A DNA stretch of 64,000 bases from Parasitella parasitica NRRL 2501 (Eukaryota; Fungi; Mucoromycota), in contig MU619260.1 of the NCBI GenBank assembly GCA_025201805.1, forward strand, positions 181,569-245,568. The letters are read 5' to 3'. Below are positions 41,301 to 52,375 of this stretch, piece by piece. The position numbers and the translations under genes were made by a program. Positions within the stretch are counted from its first letter, which is position 1, and every line of letters starts with the position of its first letter. The notes below the pieces were generated by a model. It saw only the letters and a list, made by a program, of their open reading frames with translations. It was not told the origin of the DNA and made no database searches.

Positions 41301-41665
41301 GATGTGAATTGAGTTTGAGGTTACAGGCACATTTCCGAAACCTTTGATTTTGCTTTCAGCGTCGATTGAGCTTTTTTGTTCAGTTAATGTATAGGCAATT
41401 GCAGATGGAACTATGCTAGTACTACTGTTGTGTTTGCCAGAATAAGCAATGACTGAAGGCACTTTTTCGTCTTTTACGGCTGCTCTAGGCCAGTTTTTTA
41501 CTGAATAGACTGTGCTCGGATTTCCAACTCTAGCATAACAACAACTGGAATACGTGGTTCCAAAATCTAATGCTTATATATAAGTATATTCATTCAATAA
41601 ATTTTTACTAATTTGCTACCTATGCCAACGATATAGTCGTACTCTTTTTCGATGCTATTGTCCAT
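38349..41665 (-). CDS. Tandem Hsp70/actin-fold ATPase protein (HSPA12-like), copy A
   Basis: Domain 1: IVGI|DFGTTYS with degenerate downstream motifs. Domain 2: IIGI|DFGTSFS, FTVPTIWSD, VNEPEAAA, CDAGGGTVD, LCGSSFLD, LTGGLGQSKYL, VVRGAV. Exons join in phase where checked. Confidence 0.85.
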
Positions 41666-42204
41666 ATCGAAATAAAAGTAAAAGAAGAAGGAAAGCAGGA
41701 GTAGAACTTTCACTATCAGGCTTAGGTGTTTTCAGTGTGTCACATAGCACCAAATAAAGAATTTACTAAATGAGACATCGTTTATGAAAACTAACAAGGC
41801 TTAATAATGAGAATTGCTCAACAAAAGTACGAGTACTAGTGCAGTGGATACACGCTTAAATATAAGCAAAGCAAACGTCTGACTTGTATATGCGTAGCAA
41901 GCGATGTGAAAGCATGTGTGAGCGACGCCTCTGGTCAAATTGAGCGACCTTTGTTTTTTTATCTTCTGCTTTCGAGCACGTTATTGATAATCCTAATGAT
42001 CATACGGATCCTAATGCATGCATTACGTATAGTCAGACAATACAGGGATTTTTACCCTTTGGGTATTTGTTTGCAACCATTGGTATCTTTAGGATAATGC
42101 TACTTGACAGCCACAGCCGCCCCACAAGAGGAAATGAAAAATATTTTCGGCCCCAGTTATACTCTTCTCTTTTCATAACCTTGCATTAAACCTTCAAAGA
42201 GATC

Positions 42205-43975
42205 ATGGCAACTAAGCAATTCGTTCGACGCTTAGCAACCACAAGACACTGCTCTTCCAACAAGGTTGTTTTCTTGACCGAAAAGCAGCTGCAGTCATTA
42301 TCCTTGGATCAGGAAAGGTAGCAGCAGCAGCAGCAGCATTTTTTCCATCTGTTATGACAGCTAATTTGATATAGGGAGCTGCTGGCCACAGAAATCAGTG
42401 TATCCTCCACACATCATGTTAGAAGCTCTGAGGAGGCAGATTTTGGGCGCAAAAGAATTGGATGTGTTGAACTCCCAAAGCCTCTGATCAAAGGCATTAC
42501 TGACCTTGTCGAAGGTACTGTTCTCAAGTTTTTGACAGCTCTGCAGATAGATTGACATTCCAATTAGGTCAAGATAAACGATTAATCAGAGCAGATGCTC
42601 TTCGGTTATATGACGCATTACGATCCACAGCGAAGATACCCAAAGAATCAACCGAGGATTTTGACGGCTCAAGAAAAGCCAAAAAGCTACGAAATGCATC
42701 TTCTTCCTCTGCCAAAGCACTGATCGAACCACATAAGCTCTCCTACGGCCCTAGAGAGTCAGTCGCGTATGCAGCTGGCGTCTTGCCGTCGACTTTTGCA
42801 GCGATTACTAATGTTATGCATGAAATTTCTGCGAGGATTGCGGATTTTCGTCCTCGATCAATGTTGGATTTCGGTACTGGACCAGGCACGGCGATCTGGT
42901 AGTGTTTATTGTGCATTCATGAGTAATTTCGAAGGATTCTAACAGGAAAATGGCGGGGGGGGGGGTTTTAGGGCTGCAAGGGGGGTATTTAAACTGGAGA
43001 AGTGTGTTGGTGTGGATCTCTCAGAGGACATGCTTCGAGTTGCGGAACATTTAGAGGGTATTTGTTGCAGAATGACATGTCTGCTGTTTGCTGATTGTTT
43101 TGTAGAATCAGTCAAGACTGAGGGTGACAGCGCAATAGAATTCAAACGATACTTGGCCTTTGATCCAAAGGTAGTGGAACTTTATTTGAACAGGATATTT
43201 GGATTGATGGAGAAATTTTAGGCACCAAAGACGGATTTAGTTGTTGGTGCATTTACGCTGGGAGATATAGCGTCTACTGCACTTCAAAAATCCACAGTAG
43301 AGCAACTGTGGGCACAGACAGGAGACATTTTGGTATTTATTTGATAAATGTGTGTCTCTGGTACCATGCTAATGTTCACTTTGCAGGTGCTGATTGAGAG
43401 AGGAACGCCAATTGGATTTTCCAACATAGCAAGAGCAAGACAATGTATTTTGGATTCAGAAAGCGTAAATGCTCATGTAGTAGCACCTGTAAGGTTGTAA
43501 TATAGTTGCTGTTGTATCCAATGCTGAAATATGATAGTGTTCGCATGACCGTCCTTGCCCATTATTGTTTTCGCCACAAGCTAAACCTGAGGCTTTATGG
43601 TGTCATTTCTCACAAAGAGTGCAGCGCCCACCATTCTTGATGAAGACCAAGCATTCCAAATCCAACGCCGAAGATTCAAAGTACAGCTACGTAGTTTTAC
43701 GCAGAGGAAACAGGCCAAAAGCTGCTACAACAATTGAAGAGCAAGCCTATCAATGGCCAAGGTTGATCCAACCTCCACTGAAAAAGAATGGGCATGTAGT
43801 CATGGATGTATGTTCCAAGGAGGGGGAGATACAGCGCATGGTCGTCCCTAAATCTCAAGGCAAGATCCCCTACCGTGATGCCAGAAAAGCAATGTGGGGT
43901 GATTTGTTTCCTCACAGCCCCAAAAACAAGGTAGTTACTCGAGTTTCTAAAGGAATGCACGAGAAAGCCCTATAG
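42205..43975 (+). CDS. RSM22: Mitochondrial small-subunit assembly methyltransferase-like protein Rsm22/METTL17
   Basis: Presequence-like MATKQFVRRLATTR; MLDFGTGPGTAIW, LIERGTPIGF, VVAP|CSHDRPCP, WCHFSQRVQRP, KYSYVVLRRG, WPRLIQPPLKKNGHV, YRDARKAMWGDLFP. Confidence 0.93.
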
Positions 43976-44067
43976 TCGATTTTTGTCCACAATAAATCAG
44001 TAAACATACACATATACAGCCGGTACGATGGCAGCCGAGAATTAATTGTCGCAAAAGAAATTTCAAT

Positions 44068-44143
44068 TTGTCGTTTTAGGAAAAGCGTTTTGTTTTGGGA
44101 AAAGTGTATTGTCGTTTTGGGAAAAAGCGTATTGTGTGTCGTT
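44068..44143 (+). repeat. Three to four imperfect ~20-bp repeats (ttgtcgttttgggaaaagcgt)
   Basis: Read directly, immediately upstream of the transposase remnant. Confidence 0.7.
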
Positions 44144-44154
44144 CCTAACACAAG

Positions 44155-44840
44155 TTGTGTTTGACCCTCAAGAGAACATCGCCAGTGGAAGAAATACAAA
44201 CAACTGAAAGAATAGTAAGAGAGCGAAAAGATTACTGTATTGGCCTTTCGCACAAAGGTATTAATTACATGACAAATTGTATTTTTGTTGATGAAAGTGG
44301 ATTTAATGCTTGTATGGTACCCGGACGGGCAAGATCAGTCAAAGGAAAGAAGGCCCATGTAATTACAAAGACGAAAAGAGGCCAAAAAATTTCAATCATT
44401 GGTGCTATTTCAGCAAAAGGGTTGAATCTTTACAAGGTGTTACGATAGACGGTTTCACAAGCAGCTTTATTTTTGCTGAATTTATCAAGCAGCTGTTGGA
44501 ATGGGTTGATATGGAAATCCAACATCAAGAACTCTATTTTATTCTGGATAATGTAAAATTTCACAAGAGTCTTGTATTACACAGCATCTTTTGAAACACT
44601 CAAAACATAGCGGCCATTTCTTGCCACCATATTTTCCTATGCTAAATCTAATAGAACTACCTTCAACAAATTGAAAAACTTTGTTAGAAGGAGCCCAAAG
44701 GAAACAAAGAGACTCTCTTGGAGCTCACTAAGGAAGTAGAGAAGTAAATAACTCCTCCAGTCTGTGAAAGATGGGTCCATCATTGTGTCAATATTGTTGA
44801 TAGATGTATTGCTGGAGAAGATCTCACCTTTGAAAATTAG
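44155..44840 (+). mobile_element. Decayed Tc1/IS630-like DDE transposase
   Basis: MTNCIFVDESGFN, ISIIGAIS, YFILDNVKFH and FLPPYFPMLNLIE across several frameshifts and stops. Confidence 0.85.
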
Positions 44841-45027
44841 TGTTATATTCTACCGAATAAAATAATCTTCTTCATCAAAGTCGCTATTTGTATACTGTCT
44901 ATATGAGATTCATTTTTAGATTTTGTAGATGCCTCCAAATATTGTGAGTTTGATTTGAGATTGATTTAGGAACGATAAACTATTAATTTTGCCACCTCTC
45001 TCTTCAACATTTAACCAATTTCTCAAA

Positions 45028-47371
45028 ATGAACAAAAAGCCAGTTTTACATGGTCTTAGACCTGATTTCACTTTTGACAGAAATACTTGCAACATTTTGA
45101 AAATTAATCCGATTTTCTCCTCATTACCAGCTGTAAAGTGGAGTGACATAAATCAGCTAGTCAGTTCTTACGTAGAGAAAAATGAAAGTGACATAGTTGA
45201 CGCAGATAAAGCTTTTTCACAAATTTGCAACTCTTTAGAAACGATTTGCAAGAAAAGGCGCAAGCATTTAGCTCTTCTCTCTTACTGTACCGATCTTTTA
45301 CGTTTTCTCAAACAAATCAAAAATAAAAAGCAGTTCAAATCAAAATTTGCAAGCAAATTACACGAATTGGAAGAACAGACTTTAGATACTCAGGCGCGTC
45401 AAGAGGGCTACACTAATGGAGTTCGACTAGCAATCATTGGCGGTAGAGGATATGCAAACACACTTGATAAAGAAAGAAGGGAAGAACGTTATGAAATAAA
45501 CTCAGTTGACAGCGAGAGAGAAACTGATCCAGTCAAAAGCCAACAAGAAGCAGTTGAAGTATTGTTGCATTGCAACGAAAATCCTAATATACCAGATACG
45601 GAAGCCAATTTTCTTTTCAAGGTAACATGTCACTTTTGGTTGTATTTTCCTTATTGAGCCAACCGGTGTTATATTTTTCAGAGAGAGCGTGATTGTTTTT
45701 ATGCTAAAGTTGATAGCAACAATAGACGTAAGAGGATCTCTGTAGGAACAGCTATCAAGTATGATGCTTTATTGAAATACGAACTATTCAAAAAAGAAAT
45801 TAGTTTAAATAGCTTTGAAAGAAAAAACATGAGGTAGGCATTATCAATTGATATTTGAACCAATTTCATACTATCAGCTAAACAATTATATAGCACGGGG
45901 CTATCGTCTACTTTGGATTTGATAGACTTGACAGATGAAGGACAAGCCTGTAATTTTGAGCAACAGGAATGGCAAGAGATAATGAGTTCGCTGATGGCCA
46001 AATACGCCAGTAACAAAAAATGTCATGTTCCTCAAGAGATAGTTACTACATGGGAGATCATCACATCGGTAAATTGATAATAGTTTTTCATTAAAAAGAA
46101 AACTCACTAAATCATGTCTTTTCGCTGTGATACAGCTATCACAACGAGATAATGGATTTGAACTTGGGTAAAAATATATCACAGAGTTAGAGGAAGCGCC
46201 AGGGTACAAACCTTTTTTAAAATACTTATCTGTCTTACAAGTTTGGTAAAGGGTCTATAACAAACAGTGAGTTTACGCACATATGTCTAATACTTTCACT
46301 TTGTTTTTACTAGCTTGAATATAATGGAAAACAATTCAAGGCTATTAGAAAAAAGATACGCTAATCGTTTTACTGAATACGATTATTTAGGAAAAATTTG
46401 GATTCCTTTGTTCGACTCAATCTTGGCAATAAACGGTTCGACAATTAGATTGAAAAGGTTTTTATCTGAAGCTCAATAAAAAGCTATTATAAGCATACTG
46501 ACATCGTTTATATGTAGTGGAGAGAGCATAAATAGTAGTAGCACCGGAAACAAAGAAGAGCAATATGAATCAAGCAAATCGGTCAAGGGGTTTAAGATTG
46601 ATTTAAGATTCATTTACGACACAGACGAAGATGAATACGATGTCGGTGCTGGTGAAGCTGCCAAGACGAACAATGATGATAAACTTTTGCAAGACCTCGG
46701 AAAAGTTATTAGAGAATCAAAAGATGTATTAGATGGCCTCCTAAATATTGTGATGGAAGAAAGTATTGCGAAGTCGTTGTCTGCGTGGTTTGTGCAAATT
46801 TGTGGTCTCCAAGGCGAAATAGCATCTGTTCACTTAGCTTTTGATGGTTTGTATGTGGCTGTACCACAGGGAAAGCTAAAGTTCCCTACAAGTATCGCAA
46901 CAATGGGCGATTTTCTGGGCACTTTCAGCTCTATGCTATTATTTGTGGTAAGCAATCTATAATAAAAAGAATGAACAAGCTGTCTTACCCTTTATATTTA
47001 TTTATTTTTGTAGTCAAAACTAGAAAAATGTGCTATTGACATAAAGTCTGCCATTGAACAACTGGAAAACAGAAGGAGCTCCATGGGTTTTACGTTCAAT
47101 AGAGCAAGACCATTAATTGAAGGCCATCAAAGATCAGAATGGATGAGGCCGACTTGGTATTCCCCACCCCGTCAGCAACAAGCCAATTCGCAACTGCTTT
47201 GGAAGAGAAGTATATTACAGTGAACCCGAGGAAGACGCTAGTTCAGAAGCGGAGAGCGAGAGATTTGAAGAAGAAAATGCAGACGAATTTGGTTGGATCA
47301 GAAGAAATGATGGCTGGTTCAACATCCACTCAAAAACTGTTAGCCATATTCATTACAAAAAACCCGAATAA
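45028..47371 (+). pseudogene. Multi-exon Mucorales multicopy gene with putative PD-(D/E)XK nuclease-like domain, frameshifted near the C-terminus
   Basis: Spliced ORFs give FTEYDYLGKIWIPLF, GESINSSS, GFKIDLRF...DVGAGEAAK...KLLQDLGKVIRESKDVLD, VQICGLQG, GLYVA, WYSPP. TGA at 47221-47223 while a coding-like frame (DEFGWI..DGWFNIHS) continues to 47371. Confidence 0.55.
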
Positions 47372-48172
47372 GATGAATGGGTAAGTGCAATAACTAGTAC
47401 ACCTATCCAGCGATTTTTAGAGGCACGCAAAAGATTCAAATAATCAAACAAGAATATATGGTTTAATAATCATCGGAATCCGCCATAGAACAAACAAGTA
47501 CAAGTCTCTCAATAATTAGTGTAATAGGAATCATTTCAGTGCATTACTTCTCTTATACAGCATACGGTGCGCAAGCAATGTTTTTTATTAAATTAAAAAA
47601 TTGGAAGCAATGAAATGATTAAATAAACTAAAAACTATTGCTCAGTGTAATATTTGAAAAGTTGCTATAAGTAGATTTATAGTTGAAATGGATGTTTCTT
47701 AATGGATGTTTTTTTATTGTTATAAATTGGTTTATTATCGTATGGAGTCTCCAAAAGTCCCAAAAGTCCCTCATACATTTGGAACTCAGGACGTAGTAAT
47801 TCTTGTTAATTATGGCATTCACCGTAATAACAGTAGTTATTTACGGTTCAAGTCCTCAGAGATAGCTATTTCAAAGACATAAACGTATGCATTTCTGTAA
47901 TCAAGATGGGTTTTGCTAAATATGCATAGCTTTCGCAAACTCTACATAAAGTCTACCTACAAACTGCCACACGTACATGTGCTTCGGCTTATGGATACAC
48001 TGTATTTCTTCAAGCGTTAGATTATGCCTTTCTCAGATTTTGATTCGTATTAGATCAACAAAGTCAATTTCAAAAAGCAACAGTTGTATATATTGAATAG
48101 GAATAATGAATGATAAGAACAATAATAAATGATGCTGACATACACTATATATAGTTTATACAATAAGGCTGC

Positions 48173-50490
48173 TTAGGAGGAGCCAAAAATCTCGGCTTTG
48201 TTCATTGATAGCCAATGTATTGTTTTTCCTTTCTGTACCCTTCTTTTCTCAGCAATTCCAACAGCAGTTTTCATGACTATGTGCCTTTCCTCAGCGTACT
48301 GTTGAATCACCTTGATAATGGCATTTCTTCTCAAGAAAAACTTCTTCACACCCTCGTCGTCTCTCCATCTTGTACCATATTGGCGCTCCAAATCCAACAC
48401 AGCAGGGCCACCACAGAAACCTTCCGACCACTCCCTCCAAAGATCAGTGAGTGAAACAATCCCACGACTCATATGGTATGTTGGAATTCTTGTTGTTGTC
48501 GGTGATGATGATGTTGCTGTTGCTGCTGCTGCTGCTGCTTCTGGTGTTGCCGTTGCTGTGGATTGAATGGTGTTGTTAGCACGAATTGTTTGGTTGAGAG
48601 TGGGAAGATTCACTGTGAGATTGACACTAGCTTGACCAGTGACTAAACGAGTGATGTAGTCATTCAAGACATCTTGCTTTCTTGCTTGCTCGTTTAGTCT
48701 GGTAGAGAGGTCGCTATGTAATGTCCTTAAGCGTTCTTCCACTATAGGGATGGATCGTTGTAATAGCGTATGAGCAGGGTCGTTGTTTTGATTGATGATG
48801 GCTTTCATGCGTCTAATTAATAATATTTGGATTAGGTATCAAAATAAAAGGACAATAGACATTGGAATAAAAACACTTACTCCTTGTAATCTAGAAACAT
48901 TTGATTTGTAAAGATCTCGTTCGTCCACAAAGGATGATTTGGAAACTTTTCCATCATTACTACAGAGTCTTGTATGATGGTCTTCCTCAACATGTAAAAT
49001 AGCTCAAAGCAAGCTTTTGCTGCCACTGTGATCTGTATGGGATCTCCATTGTTCGGATTGTGTTTTTTTTCGATCATTCTTGCGTTCCATGCATCAAGTT
49101 CAGGGAATATCAACTGCGCCAGCTCTTCAGGTGGATCCAAGGATGCCCTTGGGATGAAAAATTGTCCTTGGTGGATGGTAAATCCAGCCATGACACGCAT
49201 GGCCTCCCTGGACAATCCCGTGAGATACGCACCATTCATTGTGGTATTGTTCCATCGTCCCAGACGACGTATTTGATCTTCGTGGACACCAGCAAGATCT
49301 GCCATTCTGGCAGAGCTACCACGACCGACATGCGTCTTGCTTTTAGAAAAAATATTGGCGCCATTGAGCCCTCTTGAAATCGCATCCTTATGGCTGGAAT
49401 ACTTCCAGGCAACAGTGGGTTGGCGCTCGTCTGACTTGAAGATCTTGGTAAAGTACCAGTCGGGTGAGGTCGTAAAGTTAGGAAACGGCTCATTTTCCAT
49501 ATGAAAACGCCAAAACATATATAATCCAAGGGCCATTATTGGACAGACTTCTACTCTATTACTTCTTATACATCCACCGAGTTCAAGACGATTGTTTTTG
49601 TTTGTTTTTCCTCGTCTTAAAATCATTACTAAAGCTGGACATTCAACATCTGGCCTCATGCTTTCATTTTCAAGATTGACTGTTTGAAAATCCGTTAATT
49701 CTGCCATGATGATCGACTGACTTCTCAACAAAAAGTAATGGGAAAAAAGAAAAGCAGCAGAGGCTTTCAGATTTGAACCATGATCACGGTTTTGATCCAT
49801 ATAGAATTTGACAACGTTTGCAACTTGATTGATGGTTGTGTACCCATCGGCAAGTGTTCCTTCGCCTCGGTCTTCATAGTTTTCTCGTTTTGACTGGAAA
49901 TCTCGATCCTTTTGCACTTTTAAGAGATCCTTGACAATTGCTCTTGGATGCTCGTTTCCATTTGTCTTCCTTCCTACTTGGGTTCTATAGAGATCTGTGA
50001 TAGCTGCAACATACTGACTGATACTCGATGATGTTATTTTTTTGGGGGCTTTGCCCTTGCGAGATAAACGACCTATAACCTAAAATAGATGATGGATTAT
50101 AAAGCTATTCTGCAGTGGATGGACAAGAGAGCAAGTTTCTCTATAACACTTTACCACTTTATGCAAGAAGTAGTTGAGTTTTTCACCAGAAACGATGGTT
50201 CGTTGTTCGAATGGTTCGTTTAAAAATGTTTTTTTCGCCCATTCTTCAAACTCTTTCGACTTTGCTTGATAGGCCTTTTTTGTAGCTAGAGGACGGATTT
50301 CTTCTGCTGCTCTTGTAGTGTCTTCAACAGCTTTTACCATGTCATATTGAACGAAGGCTCCTGCTGTAGCATCTGCCATCTCTGTATGATTATCTTCAGG
50401 GACGGATGCAGATACGGATGCAGATGATGATGCTTCAGATGCTTCAACTGTATTCAATTCAGTGTTTTCAATAGTTTTATTTTTGTTCAT
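48173..50490 (-). mobile_element. Crypton (CryptonF-type) tyrosine-recombinase transposon ORF with C-terminal GCR1_C-like domain; 3 exons, ~724 aa
   Basis: Exons 50490-50155, 50079-48881 and 48812-48173 join in phase without stops. Motifs DRGEGTLADGY, FLLR, GKTN, HVGR, LGRWN, MNGAYLT, and YHMSRGIVSLTDLWREWSEG...LERQYGTRWR (GCR1_C). Confidence 0.9.
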
Positions 50491-51110
50491 ATGATTAAAT
50501 TGTATAATTTAAAGAGATAAAAACAAGGTCGACTGATGACAGCATTGGAATCTCATTTTGACATTCGTGAGAATATCAATGCAGATGACGCTTATTTGTT
50601 TGAAGTCCTATTTAAGCTGGTGACTCAAGTCTGGGACTCTATCTGGGCAGGTGAAGATAACTCCTGTTTATTTTTTTTTATTGTGAACGAATTTTTTTTT
50701 TTTTTTTTGAGCGATTATTTTCCGGAAATAGTGTATTGCTATGGATTCGGGCATGAAGTTTGAATTGTCTGCGGGCATGGAATATATATGGCAGTTGTAT
50801 TGATGCAAACTGACTTTGTCAGGTGACGGATGTCGCACTCAGAGTGTATGTACTTGAATATTTTTGTTATTTTCAAACAGTGATATCGGCAGCAGCAGCA
50901 AGCTAGCCCTGATCAAGATTCCTGGCAGTAAGTGAACCGGTGGGTATGAAATGATTCTCCGTGGAACAGGTCTATTGACTGAACGAACACCTTTATTAAA
51001 AAAAAAGTTAGAAATCTAGATATTCGTAACAAATAATACTTTCCATTTGTGAGGCATATTGTCTCATCAGAGCGTATGATTGTAGAACGTGATTGACCAA
51101 GCTTTACAAT

Positions 51111-51533
51111 AAAGTAACCGCCAGCTAGTAACAGCTCCGCCCATAGGGAAAGGCAACGAAGAATGCTTAGGACAAATCACTATTACCGACCAGGTTGGAG
51201 TTAAAGAACTATAGTTCAAACGTCTATGCTATGGGAACAAAGACATGCGGTACTAATGAACAGTTGCAATAACAGCCAATGTCAACAGGACTTACGGTAA
51301 ACTAAAACAAGAGCACACACAGCATCTGCACATAATTTTCCAGTTTTTTGCAAAGGTAACCGCCAACTAGTAACATCTTCGCCCATAAGGAAAGGTAACG
51401 AAAGATGCTTAGGAAAAATTATTACCATCAACCAGGTTGGAGTTAAAGAACTATAGTTCAATCGTCTATGCTATGGGAACAAAAACATGCGGTACTAATG
51501 AACAGTTGCAATAACAGCCAATGTCAACAGGAT
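51111..51533. repeat. Imperfect direct duplication of a ~180-bp unit (51111-~51292 and ~51352-51533)
   Basis: Shared block accaggttggagttaaagaactatagttcaa...gcggtactaatgaacagttgcaataacagccaatgtcaacagga at ~241-bp offset. Confidence 0.9.
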
Positions 51534-52375
51534 TTATGAAGGATTACAGAGCTTTTGGAATCATGATGAAAGACAAAAAAAAAATTTATACACGCTCGTA
51601 AATAAAAATAAGAAAAATGATGACGTTATTGTCTGGAATTGAATGTGAACAGTAACAAAGCAAAACGTGGCTTAAAACCTAAAGCTACATCCCTCACACA
51701 GACCATGCGACAATCATTTCTCGACTGCCGACAAATATTTTTTAATTGGCGACAATATCCATCATACCGGCTTGCCACGTGCATATTGCTGTGCCTGAAT
51801 ACACTGTTGTAGGCAAGCTTCAACAAATAAGCTTGATGGAAAGGATCCGATCCAATCAGCTCGAACCGCCCCCAACTGGCACTACTTTTGCACACCTTGC
51901 AGGACAATGATGTTGCGTTCCATAGCATTCCATTATTGGTGATCTGCCTATAAGAGTTGTTTACATATCAAAGGAAGACCAGACATACATATCATTATGG
52001 CTTTGATAGCAGTTCTGCATATGATCTCTGATCAACACGCAGATGAGGTGGTTGGTGCATTCGCGGGTGTCTTGCCTAGTGCTTTTTGCTTTGTTTGTGC
52101 TACCGTAAAATCATTTTTGAGGAGATGTTATATTGCGTGCGTTGTCATATATTGCAATATGGTGGGGGGGGTTTATATTGAGAGACCTGAATGGTCTATT
52201 ATGCTGACTGTGCAATGATGGAACTGAAAGAAGAGAAAAGAAAAAAAAAAGCCAGAGTGCGTGCTAAGTGTACGATCAAGATATAAGCTTTTGGCTTAGA
52301 TCATTACACAAACGTTAAAAGAATATAATCTTTGAAGTTTTGTCTTGCGTTTTTCTTTCTTTGTTGTTACTTGAA

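Noticed and set aside
41906-42097. Upstream ORF as the RSM22 first exon
   Set aside because: Splicing to the nearby acceptors leads to a stop; ATG 42205 gives a better presequence-like start
48173-50490. Kinetochore protein Ndc10/Cbf2 or transcription factor Gcr1
   Set aside because: Recombinase catalytic residues are retained and the context is TE-rich; these similarities are expected of Cryptons
50536-50763. Second Crypton gene on the + strand
   Set aside because: Short, ends in a T-run, no convincing motif
51111-51533. CRISPR array or LTR pair
   Set aside because: Eukaryotic DNA, only two long units, no TG...CA termini and no internal retroelement sequence
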